A DNA stretch of 64,000 nt from Okamejei kenojei (GCA_035221665.1 JAVHYY010000112.1:434001-498000), one strand, 5' to 3'; numbered from the stretch's first letter, positions 13,780-27,082 are shown. A program made the numbers and translations. Notes: generated by a model not told the origin, from the letters alone.

Positions 13780-15370
13780 GGGGAGTGCAAGAGTCTTACT
13801 GTCAAAGATTTTGCCCGGACTGGAGACGTTCAATTCCGAGAGAGACTGTATAGGTCAGGATATTCAATTTCTCTGGGGCGAACGATGTTGTGATTTGACA
13901 TTTCGAGTTTTCAACCTTATCCCGAGAGACAATATAATCAATACAGGCGTCGGTATGCCGAATTGTCTTCCAAATGAAGAGGAAGAGAGATTTATAAATG
14001 TGGAAGACTCGGATGTTAACTCCAGAAACTTGCGCCTTGCACAAGCGGAAGGTGACTTGTTGTTCTTCGATCTTGGCAATGAGTTCTAGTGTCATACAGA
14101 GTGAAAAATAGTTCTCCGGCCCAACCTGCCCATGGTGACCGACGTACCCCATCTGCACACCCCACCTGCCGGCGATTGGCCCATATTCCTCTAGACATAT
14201 CTTATCCATGTACCTGTCGCAATATTTCTTAAACGTTGCGACAGTACCTGCCTCAAATATATCCTCCGGCAGCATGCTCCATACACAGGTAGTGTAGAGA
14301 TAGTTGGACTTTACATAAGGACTTTGATTGGGTGTGAGAGTGGGCAGAGACGTGGCAGATGGAATATTGGGTAGTAAAGTTTGGAGTCATGCAATTTGGT
14401 AGTAGGAATAAAGGAGTAGACTATTTCAAAAATGAGGAGAGAATCCAGAAATCGAAGGTGCAAAGGGACTTGGGAGTGCTAGTTCACGATTCCAATACCA
14501 GGTAATTTGCAAATCGAATTGGTAGCAGGAAAGGCAAACGCAATGCTAGCATTTATTTAAATGATGTAAGAATACAAAAACAGGTATGCAATACTGAGGC
14601 ACTATAAGGCGCAGGTCAGATCGATTTTTGAGTATTGAGGGCAATTGTCGGTACCATATCTGAAGAACGATGTGCCAGCTCCAGATACCGTCAACAATGA
14701 TTCCAGGATTGAGTCGGTTAAAATACGATGAGCGTTTGACGACACTGAACCTGTACTCGCTGGAGTTTGGAAGCATCATGGGGGCCAAATTGAAACATAC
14801 CGAATAGTGAAATGTTAGCATAGAGTCGACGTGGAGAGGATAATTCCACTAGCCATAGCCATAGCGTCAAAATAGAACCAGCGTTCGTTTCGGAGGAAGG
14901 AGGACTAATTCCTTTAATTAAAGGGTGGTGAATCTGTGGAGTTCTTTACCACACCAGGCTGTGGAAGCCGTCAATTTATATATTTAAGGCATAGATAGAT
15001 GGATTCTTGATTAGCACGTGTGTCATGGGTTATGTGGAGAAGGCAGGTGGGGGGGGGGGGGGGGGGGGGGGGGGGGAAGATGGAACATCCATGATTAAAT
15101 GGCGGAGTAGACTTAAAGCTGGAGAAACTCAGCGGGTGCAGCAGCATCTAAGGAGCGAAGGAGATAGGCGACGTTTCGGGCCGAGACCCTTCTTCAGAGG
15201 GTCTCGGCCCGAAACGTCGCCTATCTCCTTCGCTCCTTAGATGCTGCTGCACCCGCTGAGTTTCTCCAGCTTTTTGTGTACCCTCGATTCTCCAGCATCT
15301 GCAGTTCCTTCTTTAAAAAAAAAAAGGCGGAGTAGACTTGATGGGCCTAGTGGCCTAATTCTACAACTAT
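13780..15370. mobile_element. Patchwork of old CR1 and Penelope fragments
   Basis: Remnants such as EAGTVATFKKYCDRYMD, EEQQVTFRL and CR1 3' UTR motifs; no long ORF. Confidence 0.6.
15115..15325. mobile_element. Short Penelope-pLTR-derived palindromic insertion with poly(A) and 14-bp TSD
   Basis: Perfect 76-bp inverted arms (15115-15190 and 15198-15273) around a 7-nt loop, and an A11 tail. The direct repeat GGCGGAGTAGACTT flanks it at 15101-15114 and 15326-15339. Confidence 0.85.
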
Positions 15371-15819
15371 CACTTATGACCTTGTGGCCACTTATCAACA
15401 TATGATGCGATGTAATATTATAATTGCAACCTTTCTACTGGTCTTCCCTCACACTGTTGAATGCACTTAACATGTACCAAGTAATATTTTTTTCCTGGAT
15501 TTCGCACGGAGCTCCTCTTAAAACAAACGAGATTTGTTCCTGTGCAGCGGTCTAAATGAGGCGCATAGTAATGGAAACAAGTTAAGCCCCTTACAAAAAC
15601 AGGGACCTTTCCACTTGGTAGTGATTACAATTAGATACAGCAGCGGCAATAATATCTTTAATCTATTGGCACTTCATGAAGAAAATTATAAGACAATATA
15701 ATGTATAACGTGCCAAATGACCAGAAATAAATATCAGCTAAGAATGTCCTATATAAAATAGTTATATTTTGAACGATGTTTTTATCAATAAAACAGACAA
15801 GTAGACCGCAGGTGACGTT

Positions 15820-16374
15820 ATAACCATATAATCATATAACAATTACAGCACGGAAACAGGCCCTCTCGGCTCTTCCAGTCCGTGCCGACCATTTGTTTTC
15901 CCCTAGTCCCATCTACCTGCACTCAGACCATACCCCTCCATTCCCTTCACGTCCATATACCTATCCACTTTACTCTTAAATGTTAAAATCGATCCTGCCT
16001 CCACCACTTCTGCTGGAAGCTCATTCCGCACAGCCACCACCCTCTGAGTAAAGAAGTTCCCCCTCACGTTACCCCAAAACATCTGTCCCTTAATTCCCAT
16101 GTCATGCCCTCTTGTTTGAATCTCCCCTACCCTCAATTGGAAAAACGTATCCACGTTAACTGTCTATCCCTTTCATCATTTTAAAGACCTCAATCAAGTC
16201 CCCCCTTAACCTTCTGTGCTCCAAAGAATAAATACCTAACTTGTTCAACCTTTCTCTGTAACATAGTTGTTGGAACCCTGGCAACATTCTAGTAAATCTC
16301 CTCTGTACTCTCTCTAATTTGTTGACATCCTTCCTATAACTAGGCGACCAAAATTGTACACCATACTCCAGAAT
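15820..16374 (-). mobile_element. CR1 LINE 3' fragment, young subfamily
   Basis: ORF 15903-16154 (FFTQRVVAVRNELPAEVVEAG) and a (TAACCATA)n tail on the plus strand; matches 4821-5601. Confidence 0.9.
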
Positions 16375-19147
16375 GCTCCCCCATCTTTAATAACTGACTC
16401 TAGCATTTTCCCCACTACCGATGTTAGACTAACTGGTCTGTAATTCCCCGTTTTCACTCTCCCACCCTTTTTTAAAGTGGGGTTACATTAGCTACCCACC
16501 AATCCTCAGGAACTACTCCAGAATCTAAAGAGTTTGGAAAAATTATCACTAATGCATAATTTCTGGGGCTACTTCTTTAAGTATTCTGCGATACAGCCTA
16601 TCTGGCCCTGGGGATTTATCGGCCTTTAATCCATTGAATTTACCTAACACCATTTCCCGGCTAACCTGGATTGACTCAGTTTCTTCATCTCATTTGACAC
16701 CCGGTCCCCTGCTATTTCCGGCAGATTATTTATGTCATCCTTAGTGAAGACAGAACCAAAGTAGCTATTCAATTGGTAAGGCATGTCCTTGTTGCCCATG
16801 ATTAATTCACCAGTTTCTGACTGCAAGGGACCTATATTTGTTTTAACTAACCATTTTTTCTTCACATATCTATCAAAACTTTTGCAGTAATTTTTTATGT
16901 TCCCTGCCAGTTTTCTTTCATAATCTATTTTCCCTTTCCTAATTAAGCACTTTGTCGTCCTCTGCTGGACTCTGAATTTCTCCTAGTCCTCTGGTAGGCT
17001 GCTTTTTCTGGCTAATTCCTATGTTTCATCTTTTGTGTTGATGCTATCGATGATTTCCCTTGTTAAGCACGGGTGCACTACCTTCCCTGATTTATTCTTT
17101 TGTCAAACTGGGATGAACAATTGTTGTAGTTCATCCATGTATTCTTTAAATGTCTTCCATTGCATATCCACCGTCAACACTTTAAGAATCACTTGCCAGT
17201 CTATCTTGGCCAATTCACGTCTCATACCCTCACAGTTACCTTTCTTTAAGTTCAGAACCCTTGTTTCTGATTTAACAATGTCACCCCCCATCCCAATGAA
17301 GAACTCAACCATATTGTGGTAACTCTTGCCCAAGGGGCCACGCACAACAAGACTGCAAACTAACCCTTCCTCATTACTCAATACCCAGTCTAAAATAGCC
17401 TGGTCTCTCGTTGGTTCCTCCACATGTTGGTTTAGAAAACTATCCCGCATACATTCCAAGAAATCCTCTTCCTCACACCGCTGCCAATTTGATTCAGCCA
17501 ATGTAGATTGAAGTCACCCAATATAACTGTTTTACCTTCGTTGCATGCATTTCTAATTTCATGTTTGATGCCATCCCCATCTCCACTACTACTGTTAGGT
17601 GGCCTTGACACAACTACCACCAGCGTTTTCTGCCCCTTAGTGTTTCGCAGCTCTACCCAAATCGATTCCACTTCATCCAAGCTTATGTCCTCCCTTTCTG
17701 TTGCGTTAATCTCCTCTCGAACCAGCAACGCTACTCCACCTCTTCTTTTTTGTTTATCCCTCCTGAATATGGAATATCCCTGGATGTTCAGCTCCCAGAC
17801 TTGGTCACCCTGGAGCAATGTCTCCGTGATCCCAACTATATCATATTCATTAATAAATTACGAAGCGGAAATCATGCTTGACTAATCTAGATTTTTTTCT
17901 AGATATAACTAGGAAAATGGATACGGGAATGCCAATGCAGGTAGTGTACCTGGACTTTCAGAAAGCATCTGATAATGTCCCACATAGGAGAATAGTGGGC
18001 AAAATTAGGGCACATGATATTGGTGGTAGAGTGCTGACATGGATGGAGAAGTGTTTAGCAGACAGGAAACAAAGAGTAGGGATTTACAGGTCCCTTTGAG
18101 AATGACAGGCAGTGACAAGTAGGGTACCGCAAGGCTCGGTGCTGGGACTGCAGCTATTTACAATGTACATCAATGATTTGGATGAAACGATTAAAAGTAA
18201 CATTAGCAAATTTCCAGACGACACAAAACTGGGTGGCAGTGTCAACTGTGAGGAGGAAGCTATGAGAATGCTGGATGACTTAGCAGGTTGGGGGGCGAGA
18301 ACAGATGCACGGCAGATTAAATTTAATTCGGATAAATGTGAGTTTATCCACTTTGGTAGCAAAAACAGGAAGGCAGATCTGACTGGCGTCAAATTGGGAA
18401 AAGGGGAAGTTCAACGGGATCTGAGGGTCCTTGTTCATCAGTCGATGAAAGTAAGCATGCAGGTACAGAAGGCAGTGAAGAAAGCGAATTGCATGTTGGC
18501 CTTTATAACAAGAGGAGTCGAATATAGGAGTAAATATGTCCTTCTGCAGTTGTACAGAGCCCCTGTGAGACCACACCTGGAGTATTGTGTCCAGTTTTGG
18601 TCCCGTAATTTGAGGAAGGATATTCTTGCCATTGAGGGAGTGTAGCGTAGGTTTAAAAGGTTAATTCCCGCGATGGCGGGACTGTCATATGCTGAGAGAA
18701 AGGAGCAGCTGAGCTTGTACACTCTGGCGTTTAGAAGGATGAGAGGGAATCTCATTGAAGCATATAAGATTGTTAATGGTTTGGACATGCCAGAGGCAGG
18801 AAACATGTTTCCGATGTTGGGGGGTCCAGAACCAGGGGCTACAGTTTAAGAATAAGGAACAAGCCATTTAGAACGGACACGATGAAACACTTATTCTCAC
18901 AGAGAGAGGTGCGTCTGTGGAATTCGCTGCCTCAGAGGGCGGTGGAAGAAGGTTATCTGGATGCTTTTAAGAGAGAGCTAGATATGCTGAAGCTCTTGAA
19001 AATAGCAGTGTCAGGGGATATGGGGAGAGTCAGGAACGGGGTACTGATTGGGGATGATTAGCCATGATCACAGTGAATAGCGGTGCTGGCTCGAAGAGCC
19101 GAATGGCCTACTCCTGCACCTATTGTCTATTGTCTATTGTCTATTGT
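16375..19147 (+). mobile_element. CR1 LINE with inverted 5' part (16375-~17853 minus; ~17857-19147 plus)
   Basis: The minus part encodes the APE endonuclease and linker (GGGVALLVRE, ILGDFN, LDWVLSN). The plus part encodes RT (VYLDFQKA, SRVPQGSVLG, FPDDTKL) and ends in a (CTATTGT)n tail. Confidence 0.85.
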
Positions 19148-22100
19148 TTCAGGTGGTAGCCCCTCTGCATTCTCAGTTGTGATTTTGGATTCAAAGCAGC
19201 AAAAGAACGGGGCTGCAAGGGTGCCCTTATTATTTACATCAATAGTTAATCGCCAATGAGCCCTTAAAATATATTCCACCAACACAATCCTGAACATTGA
19301 TAATCATCCGTCTATTGTAAGACAATTGTGAAAGGAACACTCGGAGAACAATTTTAGATATTTGAACCTGGGCAGACTTCAGTCTTTAATGTCAAAGGGA
19401 GCATCGAAGAAGTCAATTTGAACCGATATTGAAATGAACAGTTGTCAACGATTCAGGGCATATGACACAATTTCCATTAAGCGCTGTATATTCGCCTTCT
19501 TCAGTCACTGCATTTTCCAAGCTGCTTAAAGGGGCATTGCATTGCGTGTCAAAACAAACGAACAACTAATCTAGAAAGCTTTCTTCGAAAGCTACCGCGT
19601 CCTTGCCGAATTCACCTTTAATAAAAATAAACGTCTTGTGGTGCATATTTGAAGAACTAGTGATAATGAAGCAGGAATTAACATTACAATATAACTCCGT
19701 GATTGTTCGACGTCTCATTGGATTTTACCTAAGTCAATTGAGTTAGCTGCAGGTAAATATGCTCTTGGGAAATCTGCTCGAGAATTGTGGACTCGGTCGA
19801 ACAGTTCGTTTTGACAATTGTTTGAAACGCTGTCACTGAGTATGAAAACGTGAACGAGGAAGAGTGCAAAAAACTGGTGAACAGTATCAGGATAATGACA
19901 TTTCCACCATCGGTGTGATCTACAGTAGTCGCTGTCTCTAAAATGCAGCCATCTCCATCAGAGCCCGTTACAACCATGATTCTCATTTGACACCTGCCAT
20001 CTGGAACATTAAAACTGCGCCTGCTAAAGGTTCTGGAGCAGTTTCATCCAAAACAACCACCGGGCTAATAAACTATACAACCGATAAATAAAGTCCGAAT
20101 TCTGATTACATGGCGGGCGTGTTGCGGGATTGTTTTATATTGTGTGTTTTTGCAGAGTACGATGTTTACTTATGTGTTGTGGTGCTGCGAGCACATTTTT
20201 CATTGTTCCGTTTTCGAACAGATGATATTAAAACAGACTTGACTCATGTTTGTTTGAAATTAACTTGTCCTGTGTCACTGGCCAAATGGCTGATAATACC
20301 TCACAGAATCTCGCGTCATTTTCTTCCAAAATGTTATGCGAATGGCGTGAGGCTCTGTCAGGATTCGTCAATCTGGTCCACATTTGGTTCCTGCATTTGA
20401 ATGCTCAGATTTAACGTGTAATATTGCAAAACATGTGAAGAATGGGTTATACAACCAGACAGTATCCATTCAGCAGAAAATGGAGAGTGGAGCCTCTCTC
20501 GACCTGACAGATGGACCATTTAGGTGTACGTGCAGTCAAATCTTCTGCACATCAAACGTACCTACGCATATTAACGCGGTCGTATCCGTAGACTGTCAAT
20601 ATTTCCTTCATCTAAACATATACATTATATAGATAAGCTAGCTTGTATGAAAATCAACAATTCTCGTTACTTCCATCCGCTGCTTAGTTAATTAGTATAA
20701 TGTAATCCGAAAGCACCTCTAAATGGGAATAATCGGTTATGTTGAAAGGGAGCACCAAGTATACACTGAAACTCCCGTATAGTTGGATGCTGCTGTTGGA
20801 ATGTTGGATAAGCACTCTACTTTAAAGTCATCAAGTTAACGTGTGACATGGGCACCCACATGAATAACCACAGAGTAAATTGAGAAGGATGTGGAACGTA
20901 TCGGGAACTTAGAAATGTTTGGCATCAAAATTGAAAGGAAATTGGAGATGTTGCGGATTTTTTCAAATGCGGCGATACTGTACGTCCTCTACGGTAGAAG
21001 AGAACATCGGGTTCCCGACGACCGCCCAACCCGTGGGGCAATAGAGAAACGGGCCGTGTTCATTTTAAAGTGCAGGGCGTGAGTGGGGGGGGGTGCTGGT
21101 GCTGCCAAAACGCATATACGCGGTCGAGCGGGGGATATTAGTGTTTTAGCCGAATATGAGTGACAGTTTTTGAAATGTTTTGGAAACATAGGTGTGATTT
21201 TCGTTCAATGTTCCCTCATCAGCAAAGATCCATAAAGTCACTCTCGGGAAGTCTCGTTGCCTGATGTCAGTATAAACAGGATTTGTTAAGTTTCACTAAC
21301 TTCCCAGTTAGCGCGACGGGCCATTGAAGGAGCTGCTCTCTGAATTTCCCCTGGGTTACGGTGTAAATCAGTGTGTTTGTACAGGTGTTCAGCAGTTGCA
21401 GCAGAACTCCAGTTTTTTCGAATGTTACAAATGGGTTTGTGGAAACTCTCATCACAAATCCGTTGACACATCGATAGTAAACAAAATAGGATACAGTTGT
21501 ACCCCAGAGCAGGAGAAAGCTGCTGGAGATTGCTAAGAGTAATATTATGGACCGTTTACGGCTCTCGGTCTCCCGGTCTCCACGACTGAGATCGCGGAGC
21601 CCCCTGCGGACACGACTGGCCATCAAAATACGTCTCGCCGTGAGAGCATTAAAAAACAAAATCAAACAGAATGGAATCACCGGGGTTAACAATTGATCAG
21701 TCCATGAATATGCGATCCATGCGGGCAGGAAATAGAAGTCCGGTCGGATTCGGCAACCCCACCGTAAATTATATTTCCACACATAAGAATTATAAGCGAA
21801 AGGCCAGAAAGCGTTCTGTAAACTGAAGAAGATACTTAGTGTCACAATAACCACCGCCGCGATTCTCTCGGTGCAATACCTCGATTTCAGATTATGTTTG
21901 GAGATGGCCACAAACCTATCAAAGGTGAAAGCGACCGTGAACCAAACGGAACAGTCTACGACCGCGGCGGACAGGAAGAGAATAAACCTGCACACAGGAG
22001 TGTATAACAGGACTGTGTCCTGCCTATAAAGAAAGGCAATCCGATTTAACGTCACTTCGCAGACTATCACCGAGAGATCCGCCGTCGCCATAGCCACCAG

Positions 22101-23500
22101 ATAGCGAGTGGTGCATTTGGAGAGTCCGCACTTTCCTCGGGACAGGATCACAATGGCCAGTAGATTCACTGGGGCATAAAGAAAGAACCAATGGTGAACA
22201 TAAAGACGGAAGAAATTCGAGTTGAGTGATGGGTGGTAAATATTGTTAAGTTGCTTCAATCGCTTAAACTTGCTAAAAAGGACGGGATGGACAGAGATTT
22301 CCTTTGGTTTGAATCCCTGATCCTGTGCTCACGAACAAACATTCCACTTAGCACTGAATGTATCAACTGAGAAACAGGTTGAACGGAAGTGTAGTGTGAA
22401 TAACACGACTGAAGTAAGTGTTAATCGGGTGCACCTTTGGGATCAGCATTTGCTTCCCGGGTTTGCAGGGGGCGGTATACAATCGAGACTACCTACACGC
22501 GATGCGGCGGTCGTTAAAGATAGTCCACAGTGAAAATTTACGAAATTTAAAGCCATGAAAAGGGAGCTCAGATGGAAACAAATATAGATGCGGGAAAAGC
22601 CCAACGTATAACCAGATGCAGCCTTTGTCGCTCAAAGTACTTTGGCCGTTACTTCACTTAACATTAATGCAATAATAATTCTATACTAGTCCCAGTAAAC
22701 GGCAAACGGTGAGATATATTAAAGCCATACAATAACTCCATTATCTTCTGGTTTTTCCCCAAACCCCCATCCATGAATGCAGCCCCGTATTTAGCACAGT
22801 TTGTCACGTTATTTTCACTTTATCATTAACATTGCTGTTTCCCAATCAATTGCCGTCACGGTTATCCCACATTCAACCGTCGAGTGACATACCGGGTACT
22901 CCAATTGATGCCAGGATCGGGTAATAATAATATTCAACCGACAATTGCAGCCGACCCATTCTACTTCAAAGCGACCTCGGAAATGTAGTACAAAACTTAC
23001 AGATGTCATAGTGGGACTTTAAACTGCCGAACATTTATAACTCAAGAAAAAGATTAACGAGTTATTGAGATCACCTCCCTGTGGACATTCATTACGGATT
23101 TTGCTCCCGTGTGATGATATACGACAACTATCACGAGGGTTGTCGTTCATTGTAAATTAGTATTGCGAATAACACTTCTAAATTTAAATATGTTCCACGA
23201 GATTGCAACAGACAGAAATGTCTGATAGAAATATCAGTCAATAACACGCGATCCAAGGAGGAACTGCAGATGCTGGTTTAAACCGAAGGTAGACACAAAC
23301 AGCTGAAGTAACTCTGCGGGACCGACAGCATCTCTGGAGAGAAGGAATGTGTGGTGGTTCTGGTCGTGACCTTCTTAACTCTGAAGAACGGTCTCGACCC
23401 GAAACGTCACCTATTCCTTCTCCACAGAGATGCTGCCTGTCCCGCTGAATTACTCCAGCATTTTGTGTCTACCTTCGATTTAAACCAGCATCTGCAGTAC
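19147..23500. repeat. Segmental duplication unit B, copy 1 (paralog at ~29993-33860)
   Basis: Shared blocks include gattcaaagcagcaa (~19188 and ~30036), the GPCR exon 2, intron and exon 1, and an upstream Penelope hairpin. More diverged than unit A. Confidence 0.8.
21267..22959 (-). CDS. GPR139/GPR142-like class A GPCR, copy 3 (intact, 2 coding exons, 322 aa)
   Basis: Exon 1 is 22959-22893 (MGRLQLSVEYYYYPILASIGVP+G) with donor GTATGT. Exon 2 is 22168-21267 after the ctttatgccccAG acceptor. TFDRF and NTLIY are intact. The ORF-track N-terminus (22169-22259) is intron read-through. Confidence 0.9.
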
Positions 23501-23508
23501 TTTCCTAT
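23255..23508. mobile_element. Older Penelope-pLTR-derived imperfect palindrome with hammerhead-like core
   Basis: Inverted arms (ctgcagatgctggtttaaa / tttaaaccagcatctgcag) with CTGAAGAACGGTCTCGACCCGAAACGTC at the centre (~23381-23408). A partial paralog lies at ~33690-33860. Confidence 0.7.
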
Positions 23509-24053
23509 ACATATCGCCTCCTCATCCCTTTCCTAAACGTACGTCCTTCAATGCTGAGGCTATAGCCTCCTACCTAGACATCCAGTAGTGGAAACATCCT
23601 CTCAACATCCATTCTATCCAAGTCTTTCACTTTACTGCGTGCTCCGTCTTGTTGAACCCGAATATGTTTGCAATCAGTGCGAGTCTATCTGAGTAGGGAA
23701 GATAGGATAATCCCGCCCTCACACAGATTATGTTGGGAGTTTATTTTACTATAGTGGTCGCACCCAGCCGACTCTGTGGTTTAATTAAAACACGCCAAAC
23801 ATTCATCACGGAGGACCGATGGAGCTGCTTGACATCAAGGGGAATTAATCGCATGTTGAGGCGATGGGCCACTTAATATCCGACACAGGACGTTGGTAAT
23901 ACGGTGTGTACAATATTGCCTAGTTCAGAATATTTTAGGAATTATCTCATTAAGATGGAGAGCGTCAGAATATAATTAACAAGGATTTGGAGAGCTTCAA
24001 ATTGTGATAGCTTGGATAGGGTCTGGAGAGTTTAAATTATGACAGCCTGGTTA

Positions 24054-24531
24054 NNNNNNNNNNNNNNNNNNNNNNNNNNNNNNNNNNNNNNNNNNNNNNN
24101 NNNNNNNNNNNNNNNNNNNNNNNNNNNNNNNNNNNNNNNNNNNNNNNNNNNNNNNNNNNNNNNNNNNNNNNNNNNNNNNNNNNNNNNNNNNNNNNNNNNN
24201 NNNNNNNNNNNNNNNNNNNNNNNNNNNNNNNNNNNNNNNNNNNNNNNNNNNNNNNNNNNNNNNNNNNNNNNNNNNNNNNNNNNNNNNNNNNNNNNNNNNN
24301 NNNNNNNNNNNNNNNNNNNNNNNNNNNNNNNNNNNNNNNNNNNNNNNNNNNNNNNNNNNNNNNNNNNNNNNNNNNNNNNNNNNNNNNNNNNNNNNNNNNN
24401 NNNNNNNNNNNNNNNNNNNNNNNNNNNNNNNNNNNNNNNNNNNNNNNNNNNNNNNNNNNNNNNNNNNNNNNNNNNNNNNNNNNNNNNNNNNNNNNNNNNN
24501 NNNNNNNNNNNNNNNNNNNNNNNNNNNNNNN
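24054..24531. other. Assembly gap (N run)
   Basis: Run of Ns. Confidence 1.
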
Positions 24532-24932
24532 AACCCACTATCCTCCGCGCACCAATCTCCGCGCCAACGCACACCTCCACCCACACACGACGCCGTTCTC
24601 GCCTTCAGTCCCCTACAACAACCTCCCCTCCACCACAACATCCCACACCCCTCACCTTCACAACCCCTGCCAACACACTCCACCCCTTCTCACACCCCTC
24701 GTCCCCCTCCCACATTCCTCGTCCCTCCCTACCACACCCCCTTCCCTCTCCCATCCCCCCCCCACACATCAAGAGGAGATGGAGGGAGTGCTGGGGGATG
24801 AGATGAAATAAGCCGCGCCTGCACAGTTACTGGATAAGGGTGAGTGGTGCAATATTGCATTGGGGGAACGGGTTGCGTTGGGAGAGCAGGCCTCCCGTCC
24901 GACTGGGACCCAACGGGTCCCACTTAGTCTAG
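24532..24932 (+). mobile_element. 3' end of a non-autonomous Helitron-like element
   Basis: C-rich body, then hairpin GGGACCC-AAC-GGGTCCC, a 7-nt gap and CTAG|T, which is the canonical Helitron 3' terminus layout. Confidence 0.6.
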
Positions 24933-25681
24933 TGTATAAGATCATTAGGAGAGACATTAGTATGATCAAAGCAGGTCGAATTAGCGAGTTATTATCCAAA
25001 CACAGAGGAGGCGCGGATTTGCAAAATTTGAGATTTGGATATAGAGACCGGCAGACTGAAATTTGCCCACTGGAAGGTGACGTGTCGATCTTCTATCTTC
25101 GATTGTACTTTGTTGCTAATGGGTAGAGGGTAGAGGGTAAAAGTGTATCGATAAGGTAATAAAGGTGCACGTAACTGGAAGCTGAGGTTTACCCCTACGC
25201 TCTAAAAGGATGTGTTCTGCAAACAAACAATTCGGTGTATTTAATGTAAAGTAGACCACATTGTTTACAGCGAACACAGTAAATCAGACTGGAAGAAATA
25301 CAGTTGTGTCGCCATTTTATTTGGAATGTATTTTCATCATGGATTGTCGAAATAGAGGTGGTGAAATATCAGATACTGCATCTCCTGTGGAAACAGGGAA
25401 CGAGAAATAGTGGCTTATAACGGCATCTGATGCATGCGAATGTAGTGCATGTTGGGGAGACCACAGTTGATAACTTACACCCGTGCATATTCTCAATAAA
25501 CTTGACGTTAAATGATGCCTTAAGTTTTCGGAATATGGTTGATTGTGTGAGCAATTGGAGCCCACATTGTAAAAAACAGCGTTATAGCTGATACTCAGAG
25601 AGTCGAAAGTGCAGTGACAGTTTCGTCTCATGCGTTGAGCAAGGTGGGACGTTTCCAGTTATATGAATGGGAAAAGAGCGT

Positions 25682-25753
25682 TTCTCTGACCGGTAATCGC
25701 ACCCGATCCGCGGCAGTGAAAGCGCCGAATCCTAACCATTATTCCACCAGCTC
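25682..25753 (-). pseudogene. tRNA-Glu(TTC) pseudogene
   Basis: The reverse complement matches vertebrate tRNA-Glu (…GGTTAGGATTCGGCGCTTTCAC…), with anticodon TTC and a downstream TTTT. The T-loop/B box is mutated (GGTGCGATTACC) and the acceptor stem is mismatched. Confidence 0.75.
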
Positions 25754-27082
25754 TTACACACATGACATTGTCTCTCAAATGCTTCAGGTTCAGGGTCCGT
25801 TCCGTTAGCTGAATGATTGCCTCAACGTCAGTGATTTTTGAAAAAAAGTGGCAGTGTTAAGCACCATGACAAAAGGCACCATGGTAAATTAACGTGCGGC
25901 TTTTATTTCTTTCCTGGAGGTTTGGCCGAATATTCGTAAGTCTCTGCACAGCTTCCGCTCTGATTAATCTAAACTTCGACCTCAAGTTTCAGGCATCTGG
26001 AAGTGACAATACTTCAATGCTACTGGTGCGACTCTGATGTCTTTGAAAGAGTGGAATTTACGATTGTTGTTCAATTACGATGTGCAACAACGTAATGCAT
26101 AATGTACCCCAAAACGAGCATCATTTCAATGTTAATTCATAAAGCGCAAGACCGTATCCAGGAGAATTAGTAACACATGATATTAGTGTAACTTTATAAA
26201 CCCATACGTTTCGTCAGTCAGATTACGGCCGAACTGACTTTTACATTAAATCCAAAATTCCTGTGTAATCAAACTTCCAGGACGCCGGCCTACAACGTTG
26301 TCCTTGAAACTCCCTGTAAGATTGACGCGAGTTAGTGTTTTCTCTATTTTCCTTTACGTCCGCGGCGCTTATTTTTAAATTTCCATTGCTTGTATATTCC
26401 ATCACAGGCCAAAGAAAACCCAACCGAGCTGTAATACTGTTGATTACCTCCACGTTGAATAAGCAAGCCAACGGTTTTCGGCTATTGATAGGAACAGATG
26501 ACGCCCTGTTGCATTCTCAGACCATCGAATCTCCAGTGCTAAATCATTTCTGCATCCTGAGCCTGATGTAAAATCCTGTTACACTTTCCTTTGAAGTTCA
26601 GTGGGTAAATTGTCCCGTTAACTGAAGTTGCCACTCTTGTTTGGTGGCCAGCAATAGCCCAGAAATTATTTTTACTAATGTGGATACAATCTCATTGTTG
26701 ATAGTCGATATTACCCCGAGGGCCTTGAGAGAAACTCTCTGCCCGTATTCCAGTTTCACTGAACATCCTCTGCTCTCGTCCGCCATCCATTAGGACAATC
26801 CTTCATAAAAACACATTCCAGGTAAAATGGCGCGATACAACTGTTTCCGGTCTAATTTACTAAGTACAGAGTAAATAATATGGTCTGCTCTATATTAAAT
26901 ACAGCTAAGTAGTTTGTTATCGTTCGCCCTCGCAGGCTGGCGGTCGAATGATGTTTTCCTAAGCCTCAGAAAATTAATTTCAGTCCGACCAATTGTCAGT
27001 CCATATACCTATCCACTTTACTTTTAAATGAAAGTGTCAGGAAATTAATTGCAATATGATAATCACCAACTATTTTGCCAGG

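Noticed and set aside
15564-15601. RSS-like CATAGTA-22bp-ACAAAAACA
   Set aside because: The invariant CAC is broken, no V exon precedes it, and it is absent from the paralogous upstream blocks.
22169-22259. ORF-track N-terminus of GPCR copy 3 (and similar extensions of copies 4 and 5)
   Set aside because: Intron read-through upstream of the splice acceptor; the true N-terminus is in the separate exon 1.
24032-24806. Long ORFs across the N run
   Set aside because: Artefacts of translating the assembly gap.
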